This document shows positions 8,447 to 17,499 of a stretch of DNA of 32,000 bases, piece after piece. Origin of the DNA: Candidatus Saccharimonadota bacterium (GTDB lineage Bacteria > Patescibacteriota > Saccharimonadia > Saccharimonadales > Saccharimonadaceae); contig CP064995.1 in the NCBI GenBank assembly GCA_016700015.1, forward strand, positions 60,001 through 92,000. The letters run 5' to 3'. The notes beneath the pieces were generated by a model. That model made no database searches. It saw nothing but the letters and a program-made list of their open reading frames with translations, and was not told the DNA's origin. Made by a program: the position numbers and the translations under genes. Positions within the stretch are counted from its first letter, which is position 1; each line of letters starts with the position of its first letter.

Positions 8447-9060
8447 TAGCGGATATAGACCTCTATTGTTAGAATGTCGCTTGAAACGAGAGCGCCATCT
8501 TTTGCATCGGCAGTTTTCGATAACCCTACCTGTTTAATATGCATGATGAAGAGACTTTGTTCAATATAGTGCAGGAAATTAAGCATACGAGTGTATTCCA
8601 CGGGGTTCTTTAGGGCGACGGTGATCGTCATTGATTTAACTCCTGATGGAGCTGTCATAACAGCGGCTGTGGTGGCTGTTCCAGACGGTGTAGTCGCCGA
8701 TGTTTGTTGTGAGTTTGTAAAACTGATACTTGTAATGGTCAGGCCGGCCTGGGCGGCATACGATGGCAAGATGGTATTGGCAATATCTTGATACTCATAG
8801 CTTCGACTTTGCGCTACAATGCGCGAAGCACGATCAACGACGTCGGCGTTCTCCTCGAGTTCTTTCTTTGTCGTTATTAGGTCTTGTAAGCTTGAGTTAC
8901 TTGCCTGTGCCTGTGACGCAAGTGAGCGTGATGACTGTGAAAAATCTGTTAATATGCCGTAGCCAATTGTAAACACTCCAACTCCAGCTCCTGTCAGCAT
9001 AACCAGTAGGATGGCGAGGATTAGCCGTAGTTTTGTGGGGGTAAGGCTCGCCGGCTTCAT
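8446..9060 (-). CDS. pilO: Type IV pilus assembly protein, PilO-like
   Basis: N-terminal TM helix, then a coiled segment and an alpha/beta domain. It sits directly after pilN with an ATGA overlap. The call rests mainly on architecture and synteny. Confidence 0.55.
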   Translation of the reverse strand: MKPASLTPTKLRLILAILLVMLTGAGVGVFTIGYGILTDFSQSSRSLASQAQASNSSLQDLITTKKELEENADVVDRASRIVAQSRSYEYQDIANTILPSYAAQAGLTITSISFTNSQQTSATTPSGTATTAAVMTAPSGVKSMTITVALKNPVEYTRMLNFLHYIEQSLFIMHIKQVGLSKTADAKDGALVSSDILTIEVYIR

Positions 9061-9617
9061 GACTTTAGTAGGTCCTTAGAAAAGATAACATTATAAATGA
9101 CGGAAAAGTTATAGCCTCCGTTGCCGTTTTCGACTTGCGTAGTTGACTGAATACTCACATCGGAAAATGCCCCTGATTCTTGTAGTTTTTGTTTGCCTTT
9201 CGTTGCACCGACAAACGACGTGGTGTGGGCGTTAAGCGTTGATGCGGTACCAAATGTGTCTGGGTTGATTGTGAGCGAGTCAAGGACGACATCGGCGGGA
9301 AGTGTCGTGGCGATCTTCATAAAAATTGAAGTGTAAGGCACTTGTTTATCGAGGATATATTTTGCCGTTGCGAGGTCAGACTGGAACTGAGAAGCGCTCA
9401 CTTTTATTGGCGCATAGTCAGATGTCTTTGCGGCGTTTTCGGCGATGATCTGATTGTTACGATCATTTTCGGCGCTGATTGCAGCATGGAATGCTGTCAT
9501 TTCAAGCACAATGATAACGATAAAGACGATTAGTAGAAAAATGTATCGCCGTAGAATAGTGTTAGTGCGAGCTGCGGCCAATTGCCTACGGTCATTTGGA
9601 GGAAGTAGATTGATCAT
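9057..9617 (-). CDS. pilN: Type IV pilus assembly protein PilN
   Basis: The true start is probably Met37 (ATG 9617), giving MINLLPPNDRR. That is the conserved PilN INLLP motif, which binds PilM. A TM helix follows and there is an ATGA overlap with the pilM stop. The track ORF extended to 9725 is not supported. Confidence 0.75.
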   Translation of the reverse strand: MINLLPPNDRRQLAAARTNTILRRYIFLLIVFIVIIVLEMTAFHAAISAENDRNNQIIAENAAKTSDYAPIKVSASQFQSDLATAKYILDKQVPYTSIFMKIATTLPADVVLDSLTINPDTFGTASTLNAHTTSFVGATKGKQKLQESGAFSDVSIQSTTQVENGNGGYNFSVIYNVIFSKDLLKS

Positions 9618-10672
9618 TTCCAGATTTTCTCCCTGGGTATGTTTGCGAGCCCAGCGACAGCGATGTAGCGCGGACGGAACTGTTTGTTTGGTTCTTGGAG
9701 TGCGCCAAAATCTAATTTTTGCCATGGACTACCAACGCGCGCAGGCATGACCAGCTCATTGGTGAAGTACTCGCCTATACCTGGTACATTGGCTCCTCCG
9801 CCAACTACGAGCACTTGTTCAATTTTGCGATCGTCGTTTAGTCGTTCATTGTAATACCGAATCACCTTACGCACTTCGGTCGTAATGCGCTGTAGGCTTG
9901 GGCGAAGTGCGGCGGTGATATTCGCCTGCTTTGGTCCTGCGCTAAGACCATTTAGCACCTTTAGCTGGTGGGCATTTTCGAGTGCGACGTCGAGTTTCTT
10001 GGCGATATCCAGAGTAAAGGTGTTGCCACCTATACCAACCCCGCCCGATACACGGATTGCGCCTTTATCAAGGACGGCGATATCGGTGTTTGCGGGACCA
10101 ATATCGACGATCAACGTTGATAAATGGCCTTCTTCGGTTGCCTCAATTACGCGCGCAACGGCATTGATACTCGGCTCAGCCATGACAGGAGTCAATCCAA
10201 CGGCACGGACGGCGCTGAGACAGGCATCAACTAACGTCGCTGGTACTGCCGCCATAACAACAGTGAGGGTATCTTTCGTGCGTTCGATAATCTCGTAATC
10301 AAGATAGAGTGAACCAAGGGGGATGGGGATGTATTGATCCACTTCGACCTCTACTGCTCCTGCTAGCTGCCTTTCTTGGGAGGCTGGCAGGGTAAACGTA
10401 CGAGAGAAAGTGCGTCCGGTCGGTAGTCCTACAACTACATGGTCGGAGTCAAGTGACCCAACAATATTTTCTTTGAGTAGAGTAGCAATACTCTCCTTGA
10501 GGTAGGCGTCTTCTTGGTTATCCATTGATACCTGAACTTTTGCAGGGTCGAGATCGAGTGACCCATAACCAAGAACCAACCACTTTTTTGGGTCGATAGA
10601 CATGACTTTAATGCCAGTTTGGCTGATGTCAAGTCCGATGACTGGTTTGTCTTTGTAGAAAAGTTTTGACAT
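9614..10672 (-). CDS. pilM: Type IV pilus assembly protein PilM (actin-like ATPase fold)
   Basis: VIGLDISQTGIKVM (phosphate-1), LIVDIGPANTDI and VVGGGANVPGI match the ASKHA/FtsA-like PilM pattern. It lies between pilC and pilN. Confidence 0.85.
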   Translation of the reverse strand: MSKLFYKDKPVIGLDISQTGIKVMSIDPKKWLVLGYGSLDLDPAKVQVSMDNQEDAYLKESIATLLKENIVGSLDSDHVVVGLPTGRTFSRTFTLPASQERQLAGAVEVEVDQYIPIPLGSLYLDYEIIERTKDTLTVVMAAVPATLVDACLSAVRAVGLTPVMAEPSINAVARVIEATEEGHLSTLIVDIGPANTDIAVLDKGAIRVSGGVGIGGNTFTLDIAKKLDVALENAHQLKVLNGLSAGPKQANITAALRPSLQRITTEVRKVIRYYNERLNDDRKIEQVLVVGGGANVPGIGEYFTNELVMPARVGSPWQKLDFGALQEPNKQFRPRYIAVAGLANIPREKIWK

Positions 10673-10732
10673 TGGTGCCCACTAATAGAATTTCTCTCCT
10701 GTATAGTATAGCATGAGCAGGATAGAAATACT

Positions 10733-11962
10733 CTAGCTTTTGATGCTTTGTGCCAAGCCGGCAATCGGCCCCATAACACTCGCAGCAATCAGTCCAACCA
10801 TTGACCCCATAACGACAATCATGACCGGTTCAATAATGGAGCTAAGACCATCAATTGCAACGTCAACCTCTTCTTCATAAAAATCAGCAACTTTTACTAA
10901 TACAGTATCAGTTTGACCCGTTTCTTCTCCTACGGCTAACATTTGCGAAACAATGGGCGGGAAGAGGTCGCCTTGCGCCATCACCGCAGAGAGCTGTTTG
11001 CCATTTTTGACCTGATCGGCCGCATCAATAAGTGCTTTTTCGTAAACAACATTTCCTACCGCATGAGCGGTGACATTGAGTGCCTCGAGTACCGCCACTC
11101 CCGCTCCCATGAGTGCAGAAAAAGTGCGGGCGAATCGCGCGACGGCAACTTTCTTAATAAGACTTTTGATAACCGGGACTTTTAAAACGAACCTATGGAA
11201 TATCGCGCGCCCATTGGGTGATTTTAAGTAACGAATGAAAAGGATGATTAGGACGACAAAAACCGGTAAGAGAAAAAGTCCATATTTGATGAGAAAATCA
11301 CTAATGCCAAGCATAAACTGGGTGAGCGGCGGCAGCTGCGCGTCGGGACCGCCCAGGTCTTTTAATATGCCACCAATTTTCGGAATAACAAAAAGCATCA
11401 GTCCAAAGAAGGCACCAATAGTGATGACAATCAGTACAGCCGGGTATGTCATAGCACTTTTGATTTTTTTACGCATCGTGGCGTTTTTTTCTTGCTGAAT
11501 GGCTAGGCGTTTTAAAATGTCATCAAGAATACCTGCCGCCTCACCAGCGCGCACCATATTGACATAGACGTCATTAAAGGTGTTCGGATATTTTGCTAAC
11601 GCATCGGCAAGAGTTGAACCCCCTTCGACATTTTTAACGATACCCTCGACAACAGTTTTCAGTGCTTTGCTATCGGTGTGATCATGAAGTGAGGTAAGGG
11701 CACGGAGGATCGGTACCCCGGCACTCACCATTGCGCTGAGCTGTCTGGTAAACATAACGAGATCATCATTTTTGACTCGATTTGCGCCAAGAAAATCAAA
11801 AAAACTGAATGACGATTTATGCGTCGAACCCTCTTTAAGACTGATTGGTTTTAGGTCCTGTTTTGCAAGCATAGCAAGCGCACTTGTGCGATCCTGTGCA
11901 TCGAAAGCTCCTGTGGCTACTTTGCCCTGTGAATTTGTCGCCGTATATAGGTAGTTGGGCAT
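10733..11962 (-). CDS. pilC: Type IV pilus platform protein PilC (GspF family)
   Basis: Two repeated T2SSF domains (FTRQLSAMVSAGVPILRAL; FARTFSALMGAGVAVLEAL) and 3 TM segments. It is adjacent to pilB. Confidence 0.9.
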   Translation of the reverse strand: MPNYLYTATNSQGKVATGAFDAQDRTSALAMLAKQDLKPISLKEGSTHKSSFSFFDFLGANRVKNDDLVMFTRQLSAMVSAGVPILRALTSLHDHTDSKALKTVVEGIVKNVEGGSTLADALAKYPNTFNDVYVNMVRAGEAAGILDDILKRLAIQQEKNATMRKKIKSAMTYPAVLIVITIGAFFGLMLFVIPKIGGILKDLGGPDAQLPPLTQFMLGISDFLIKYGLFLLPVFVVLIILFIRYLKSPNGRAIFHRFVLKVPVIKSLIKKVAVARFARTFSALMGAGVAVLEALNVTAHAVGNVVYEKALIDAADQVKNGKQLSAVMAQGDLFPPIVSQMLAVGEETGQTDTVLVKVADFYEEEVDVAIDGLSSIIEPVMIVVMGSMVGLIAASVMGPIAGLAQSIKS

Positions 11963-11968
11963 GGTGGG

Positions 11969-13750
11969 CTATTCCCTTGTCACTCTCAGGACTTCTTCAA
12001 GTGTTGTATTGCCACGTAGTGACTTCACAAGCCCATCAGTTTGCATTGTGATCATACCTTCAGAAATTGCTTGGTCTTGCAGCTGATTGCTTGTGGCATT
12101 GGCTACGATCATTTGTTGTACCGGTATGCTGACGCCTAATACCTCATAAATTCCGATGCGCCCCTTATAGCCCGTGTGGCTACATTCATCACACCCTTCA
12201 GGGTTGGCCTTCCAGAGGGCAACTACTGTTTGTTCACTGGTACCCATGGGGGTGTCGCCACCCACTTTTTGATCAACAGCTTGCTGTTCAAGCTCATGAA
12301 TATGAGCGAACGTTTCACCTTGGCGGAGATTGAATAGCTTGACTAGTTCATCGATTTCTGTTTGCGTAGGCGTGTGCTGCTGGCGACATACCATGCATAG
12401 TCGGCGCACTAAGCGCTGACCAACGACTGCTTTTACGGTACTGGCAATTAGGAAAGGTTCGACGCCCATATCGAGGAGGCGCGGCAAGCATGTTGCGGCA
12501 TTGTTGGTGTGAAGGGTGCTAAAAACCAAGTGACCAGTGAGCGCTGCCTGTACACCAAGATTAGCCGTTTCGCCATCGCGGATCTCTCCCACCATGATAA
12601 TATTTGGGTCTTGGCGTAAGAGGGCACGTAGACCGTTTGCAAAAGTCATACCAGCTTTGGGGTTGGTCTGTGTCTGGTTCACACCGGGAATTTTATATTC
12701 AACTGGGTCCTCGATGGTCGATATATTCACATTGGGACGATTGAGCATCGTTAAGATACTAAAGAGTGAAGTCGATTTACCACTTCCGGTCGGTCCAGTA
12801 ACGAGTACCATACCATTTGGTTCGGAGATAGCTTCCGAAACTATTGCCAGCGAGTGTCCCCAATAACCGAGGTCGCTTAGCGTTACTGCTTGGTTGGATT
12901 CATCGAGAATACGCAGCACAACTTTTTCACCATCCGCGATAGGGAGTGTACTGACGCGAAGCGCGTACTGTTTGCCCGCGACTTTAATTTTGAAGCGACC
13001 ATCCTGTGGTACGCGGCGTTCGTCAATTTTTAGATTGGACAAGATTTTAATGCGGCTGACGAGCGCACCCAGCACATTGCGCGGTAGCTGGTTGACTTCG
13101 TTTAATACACCGTCAATACGGTAGCGGATCTGTACAAAGCTTTCGCGTGGCTCGATATGAATGTCGGATGCCTGAGAGCGTATAGCATATTCGAGCAGTA
13201 GGTTGACTGTCTGTGCGATAGGCGAATCCTCTGCGACTTCAGCTTCAGTAACCTGTTGAGCTGTACCGTCATCTTCGCGTTGAATATCGATAACTTCGTT
13301 AAGTTCTTCGTTGACATCACCACGGTAATTCTCAAGACACTGCAAAATATTCTCTTGAGATGCGATGTAGATGCGAGTATTTTCACCGATTTCCTTCTGG
13401 ATGAAGCTTACTGCTTGTACATCATCTGGGTCGTCCATGGCCAGATGAATAAGTCCATCATCATCGATCTGAAAAATAATGGCGTTGTATTGCCTGGCGA
13501 TGCGCTCAGGAATGCGGTTAAGAACATCTTGAGGAATGTCACGGGGGTCAATTTCGACGTAGGGGATATCGGCATAATTTGCGAATAGCTTTTTTAGGGC
13601 GGGTTCATCGATGATTTGCTTCTCGATGACCTCGTCTTGCAAAGCTTTATTCAAACGAGTGCTCTCTTGCTTGAGAGCATCTAATTGCTCATTGGTTGCG
13701 ATGCCACCGTTTTTGAGCAGCTTCACTAATGTATCATCTGAAATGCGCAT
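11969..13750 (-). CDS. pilB: Type IV pilus assembly ATPase PilB (GspE family)
   Basis: N-terminal T2SSE_N domain, Walker A GPTGSGKST, Walker B IIMVGEIRD and His box GHLVFSTLHTN. Tetracysteine motif CMVC...CDEC. Confidence 0.93.
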   Translation of the reverse strand: MRISDDTLVKLLKNGGIATNEQLDALKQESTRLNKALQDEVIEKQIIDEPALKKLFANYADIPYVEIDPRDIPQDVLNRIPERIARQYNAIIFQIDDDGLIHLAMDDPDDVQAVSFIQKEIGENTRIYIASQENILQCLENYRGDVNEELNEVIDIQREDDGTAQQVTEAEVAEDSPIAQTVNLLLEYAIRSQASDIHIEPRESFVQIRYRIDGVLNEVNQLPRNVLGALVSRIKILSNLKIDERRVPQDGRFKIKVAGKQYALRVSTLPIADGEKVVLRILDESNQAVTLSDLGYWGHSLAIVSEAISEPNGMVLVTGPTGSGKSTSLFSILTMLNRPNVNISTIEDPVEYKIPGVNQTQTNPKAGMTFANGLRALLRQDPNIIMVGEIRDGETANLGVQAALTGHLVFSTLHTNNAATCLPRLLDMGVEPFLIASTVKAVVGQRLVRRLCMVCRQQHTPTQTEIDELVKLFNLRQGETFAHIHELEQQAVDQKVGGDTPMGTSEQTVVALWKANPEGCDECSHTGYKGRIGIYEVLGVSIPVQQMIVANATSNQLQDQAISEGMITMQTDGLVKSLRGNTTLEEVLRVTRE

Positions 13751-13846
13751 ACTGCTTGTGCCTATTGTATCTGATTATTGGTTACCGCACCAGCCCTTAG
13801 ATTTTCCCGACTTCTAACGCTTGACACCAACCGTCTTGGATTATGT

Positions 13847-13852
13847 TATACT
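13847..13852 (+). promoter_or_regulatory. -10 box TATACT (TGT-extended), 8 nt upstream of the tsaE ATG
   Basis: TTGACA at 13821..13826 lies 20 nt upstream, which is long spacing. The element reads tgtTATACT-gataccgt-ATG, with no Shine-Dalgarno. Confidence 0.35.
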
Positions 13853-13860
13853 GATACCGT

Positions 13861-14316
13861 ATGGAATTCGTGATATCATCAGTCGAAGCAATGATGACCT
13901 TCGGCAACAAACTTGGTGCAGTCTTAAGGGGTGGCGAAGTAATCGAACTGATTGGTGATATCGGCGCTGGCAAAACGACTCTCACAAAAGGAATAGCGCA
14001 AGGACTGGGTGTAAAAGACGACGTACAAAGCCCGACGTTTACAATCAGTCGTACGTATACCGCCGGGAATGATCTCGTACTTGCTCATTATGACTTCTAT
14101 CGTCTTGTCGATGCGGGAATTATGACGATGGAGCTGCACGAATCAGTTAGTGATCCGCATATTGTCACAGTGCTTGAGTGGGCCGGCATTGTCGCAGGGG
14201 TCCTGCCTAAAGACACGCTTACGATCCGGATTGAATCCATGACCGAATTGTCACGACGTGTCACGCTGACAGCAGGCGGCGCCAAGGCACGACGTCTCAT
14301 GGAGGTAGTTAAATGA
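13861..14316 (+). CDS. tsaE: tRNA t6A37 biosynthesis ATPase TsaE
   Basis: P-loop GDIGAGKTTLTKGIAQGLG, SPTFT and HYDFYRL motifs. Confidence 0.9.
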   Translation: MEFVISSVEAMMTFGNKLGAVLRGGEVIELIGDIGAGKTTLTKGIAQGLGVKDDVQSPTFTISRTYTAGNDLVLAHYDFYRLVDAGIMTMELHESVSDPHIVTVLEWAGIVAGVLPKDTLTIRIESMTELSRRVTLTAGGAKARRLMEVVK

Positions 14317-14699
14317 TTGTGTTATGGAATAGTGCTGCCGCCGCAGTGCACTGTACACTTGTTGACGGACAAAATCATCATGACTATGTATGGCAGGCCG
14401 ATCGAACGTTGGCGCGAGACATCTTCAGTTTGCTGGAGGATGCATTGAAGGATCAAGGTAAAAAGCTCGGTGACATTGATTATATTGCCGTTTTTCGCGG
14501 GCCAGGGAGTTACACGGGTTTACGAATTGGTTTGACGGTCATGAACACTCTTGCTACTACACTGGGCGTGCCAATTGTGGGAGAAACCGGTGATAATTGG
14601 CAAGCTCGCTGTAGAGAGCGTTTGGCCAGCGGTGATAATGATCAGATTGTTCTGCCCGACTATGGCGGTGATGCGCATATTACAAAACCGCGAAAATAA
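14313..14699 (+). CDS. tsaB: Truncated TsaB-like protein (t6A37 pathway), 128 aa
   Basis: The core YIAVFRGPGSYTGLRIGLTVMNTLATTLGVPIVG matches the TsaB N-terminal ASKHA subdomain. An ATGA overlap joins it to tsaE. It is about 100 aa shorter than typical TsaB. Confidence 0.7.
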   Translation: MIVLWNSAAAAVHCTLVDGQNHHDYVWQADRTLARDIFSLLEDALKDQGKKLGDIDYIAVFRGPGSYTGLRIGLTVMNTLATTLGVPIVGETGDNWQARCRERLASGDNDQIVLPDYGGDAHITKPRK

Positions 14700-14701
14700 G
14701 C

Positions 14702-14731
14702 TTGCGACACACACCGTAAGAGCGCTACAAT
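14702..14731 (+). promoter_or_regulatory. Candidate rny promoter: -35 TTGCGA, 18-nt spacer, -10 TACAAT
   Basis: TTGCGA at 14702..14707 and TACAAT at 14726..14731. This implies a 5' UTR of about 125 nt. Confidence 0.45.
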
Positions 14732-14740
14732 AGATACATC

Positions 14741-14753
14741 TGACAGTTGTCAG
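14741..14753. promoter_or_regulatory. Palindromic site TGACAGtTGTCAG (operator-like), 9 nt downstream of the -10 box
   Basis: Inverted repeat TGACA-N2-TGTCA. A near-identical copy lies at 19332..19344. Confidence 0.4.
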
Positions 14754-14864
14754 TTTCCCAATCATCTTAAACTATTGAAATTTCCGATTCAGCCTGCATC
14801 ATTACCACTTTGATCACATTTCCCAGTCGGTAGCTGTACGCATGAGTCAGAAGAAAGGACAGAT

Positions 14865-16352
14865 ATGATAGAGTATATTGCCGCTGCAGTGGGCCTTCTT
14901 GCTGGCGTAGGGGGAAAAGTTGTCTACGATAAACAACGAGTTACGAGTAGTAAGCATACTGCTGAGAAAGAAATTGCCCGAGCTGAACGAAAAGCTAGCG
15001 ACATCGTCTTAAAAGCAAAGGACGATGCTTTGCGTATTGAGCAAGAACGCCGGAAAGAAATGCAGAAGGTTGAAGCCCGGCTTGCAGATCGCGAAACCGC
15101 GCTCGACAAGAAGCTTGACGAGCTTGACCGGCGGAGCGAAAAGCTTAGAAGTGCTGAAGATGAAGTCGAGGTTCTCAAGAATGATGTCCGTGACATTCGC
15201 ACCAAGCAACAAGAGAAGCTTGAAAAGATTGCGGGGCTGAAGAAAAAAGAAGCGGCCGAGAAACTCATGCAAATGACTGAACGCGACATTAAAGAAGATC
15301 TGCTCGGACTTGTTGCCAAGCTGCAAAAAGATGCTGTCGACGACGCTGAAGAAAAGGCTCAGCTGGTGATTGTCAGTGCGATGGAACGCATGGCAAGTGA
15401 GGTGACAGCTGAGAGAACCGTCACCGCCATCAAGCTAGCCGATGAAGAAATGAAGGGGCGTATTATCGGCAAAGAGGGTCGCAATATTCAGACCTTACAG
15501 CGCGCAACTGGTGTAGACATATTGGTTGACGACACACCGGGAATGATTGTACTTTCGAGTTTTGATCCCATTCGTCGTCAGGTTGCGCGAATTGCACTGG
15601 AAATGCTGATGAAAGACGGCAGAATTCATCCGGGTCGAATCGAAGAGGTAGTTGCGAAAGCTGAGAAGCAAATTGAAAAAGAAGTCGTAATGGCCGGTGA
15701 GGATGCGGCACGCGAAGTTGGCGTTACTGGTATTCCAAAAGAACTGCTACGCCTTGTTGGTGAGCTTAAATTTCGTACAAGCTATGGTCAAAATGTCTTG
15801 ATGCATAGTGTCGAGATGGCACACATGGCGGGGCTGATTGCTGAAGAGATTGGTGCTAATGTCCGCGTAACAAAGGTAGCCGCGCTACTACACGACATGG
15901 GCAAAGCAGTTACACACAAGGTTGAAGGCAAGCATCATCATATTGGTGCAGAACTTGCCCAAAAGGCCGGTCTTGCTCCCGAGATATGTCATGCAATCGA
16001 AGCACATCACGATGATATCGATGCAACCACGCCTGAAGCTATGGTGATCCGAGTTGTCGACGCCGTCAGTGCCGCTCGGCCGGGTGCACGCAACATTAGC
16101 GCCGAAAACTTTGCTGAGCGTATGCGTGATCTCGAAAATATTGCACTTGGCTTTAAGGGTATCGATAAGGCCTATGCGATTAGTGCTGGTCGCGAAGTGC
16201 GTGTCATGGTGCGCCCTGAATCAATTGATGACCTGAGCGCTATTAAAATCGCCCGCGACATCGCCAACAAGATCGAAAGTACTATGCAGTATCCTGGGAC
16301 GATCAAAGTGAATGTGATTCGCGAAACTCGTGCGATCGAATTTGCGAAATAG
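14865..16352 (+). CDS. rny: Ribonuclease Y
   Basis: N-terminal TM anchor, Lys/Glu coiled coil, KH domain (IIGKEGRNIQTL) and HD domain (LLHDMGKA...HH...IEAHHDD). A GAAAGGA Shine-Dalgarno is present. Confidence 0.95.
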   Translation: MIEYIAAAVGLLAGVGGKVVYDKQRVTSSKHTAEKEIARAERKASDIVLKAKDDALRIEQERRKEMQKVEARLADRETALDKKLDELDRRSEKLRSAEDEVEVLKNDVRDIRTKQQEKLEKIAGLKKKEAAEKLMQMTERDIKEDLLGLVAKLQKDAVDDAEEKAQLVIVSAMERMASEVTAERTVTAIKLADEEMKGRIIGKEGRNIQTLQRATGVDILVDDTPGMIVLSSFDPIRRQVARIALEMLMKDGRIHPGRIEEVVAKAEKQIEKEVVMAGEDAAREVGVTGIPKELLRLVGELKFRTSYGQNVLMHSVEMAHMAGLIAEEIGANVRVTKVAALLHDMGKAVTHKVEGKHHHIGAELAQKAGLAPEICHAIEAHHDDIDATTPEAMVIRVVDAVSAARPGARNISAENFAERMRDLENIALGFKGIDKAYAISAGREVRVMVRPESIDDLSAIKIARDIANKIESTMQYPGTIKVNVIRETRAIEFAK

Positions 16353-16353
16353 C

Positions 16354-16845
16354 ATGCAGGAGTTTAGTAAAGAAGAAACACTCAACTGGATGAGTGGAGT
16401 TGAAAAACGTATGTCCAGTGGGGCTGTCGCCTTGGTAACGAGCGACAATAAGGTGGTTGTTGTTAAGGCGCACTATAAAAAATACTGGTCATTTCCAGGA
16501 GGTGTCGTGGATGCGGGTGAAACACCGCGTGTGGCTGCAGCACGGGAAGTCGATGAAGAAGTGGGTATCGTTCTTGATCCTGGCCAGCTTGAATATAAAT
16601 TTGTTGTCGATCGTGTCAGTGACATAGCTCAGACGTATCAATTTGTGTTTGAGGCGACTATCGATGCGGCCCAATTCGGTCATCTGCGACCAGCGGAAGA
16701 TGAAATCGAAGAAATAGCGGTTGTATCACGGCAACAAATACAACATAATGACCGCTACTACTCGCAGTCCGCTCGCTTCTGGGCTTCGGGAGGTTCGGGA
16801 TATATAGAGCAGCAGTTTGGAGCTGGAGCGCAGAGCGACATCTAG
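16354..16845 (+). CDS. NUDIX hydrolase
   Basis: Nudix box GGVVDAGETPRVAAAREVDEEVGI. ATG 16354 lies 1 nt after the rny stop, whereas the track start at 16330 overlaps rny. Confidence 0.8.
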   Translation: MQEFSKEETLNWMSGVEKRMSSGAVALVTSDNKVVVVKAHYKKYWSFPGGVVDAGETPRVAAAREVDEEVGIVLDPGQLEYKFVVDRVSDIAQTYQFVFEATIDAAQFGHLRPAEDEIEEIAVVSRQQIQHNDRYYSQSARFWASGGSGYIEQQFGAGAQSDI

Positions 16846-17447
16846 GTTCTATTAAGGGCAACCTGGCCAAGTGGTTTTGCAACCACAACTACTCTCCCCG
16901 CTTCGGGACCGCTAAGCTCGCAGCTATAAAGTGTCAACTTGGCGTCTGATGTGCGTGCTTCTATCTCGGTGTGCTCTGGAGTAACTGTAAACAACTGATC
17001 GATTTCGTAACCAAAGCGCGTACCGTTGTAGTCGACAACGATTTTGTCACCAACCACTAGTTTATCAATTGAAAAAAATGGCGACTTCGTAACTGTTTCT
17101 CCAGGCGTTGGGGCGAGGGTGAAACGGTGAGCGGCAATGATAAAATTTCCACCCGATTCAGGATCCCCACGTTCAGGGTATCGCCACTGAGCGCCATGTT
17201 CAAGTGCTGATATGCCTTTTCCATAGACAACATTCACGCCAATTTTTGGGATAATAATCCTGTTTTCTGTCTTTTTTGGTGACGGCAGTGTATTGACGTC
17301 GATAGGCTTCGTGAATACAAGTGGCGCGATTGCGGGTGCGCCAACTAGCGATAGTAAGTAGCCACCTCCGCATAGTAATACAACAGCCAGAAGTGTTGCT
17401 ATGCGTCGAACCACGATTAAGTTACGTTCTCTCTTTATTTTAAGCAT
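16842..17447 (-). CDS. Sortase-family transpeptidase
   Basis: N-terminal TM anchor, His (IIAAHRF), Cys in TLYSCE (a variant of TLxTC) and Arg (GRVVVVAKP). The start is ATG 17447 (GGGG Shine-Dalgarno 4 nt upstream) or 17468. The track start at 17570 overlaps the subtilisin gene. Confidence 0.8.
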   Translation of the reverse strand: MLKIKRERNLIVVRRIATLLAVVLLCGGGYLLSLVGAPAIAPLVFTKPIDVNTLPSPKKTENRIIIPKIGVNVVYGKGISALEHGAQWRYPERGDPESGGNFIIAAHRFTLAPTPGETVTKSPFFSIDKLVVGDKIVVDYNGTRFGYEIDQLFTVTPEHTEIEARTSDAKLTLYSCELSGPEAGRVVVVAKPLGQVALNRT

Positions 17448-17499
17448 ATTACCCCTATGGTTACCCATAGTATATCCGATTACAAGATAGCTGGCAACT

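Noticed and set aside
9618-9725. N-terminal extensions of track ORFs: pilN to 9725, ruvA to 2317, sortase to 17570, Clp-like to 27164 and the 30569 gene to 31285.
   Set aside because: The extensions overlap upstream genes and encode non-conserved sequence. Internal Mets restore canonical N-termini (MINLLP, MIAHVDG) or place the start next to a -10 box, a Shine-Dalgarno or an ATGA coupling site.
10673-10732. TATACT and GGAGAG in the 60-bp pilC-pilM gap as an internal promoter or ribosome-binding site.
   Set aside because: GGAGAG lies 22 nt from the pilM ATG, too far for a Shine-Dalgarno, and an in-frame TAG blocks any upstream start. An internal promoter is possible but unsupported, so I did not list it as a feature.
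14842-14868. 8-codon upstream ORF (MSQKKGQI) whose TGA overlaps the rny ATG as ATGA.
   Set aside because: It has no Shine-Dalgarno or promoter geometry, and it contains the rny Shine-Dalgarno itself. It is most likely coincidental, and conservation could not be tested.
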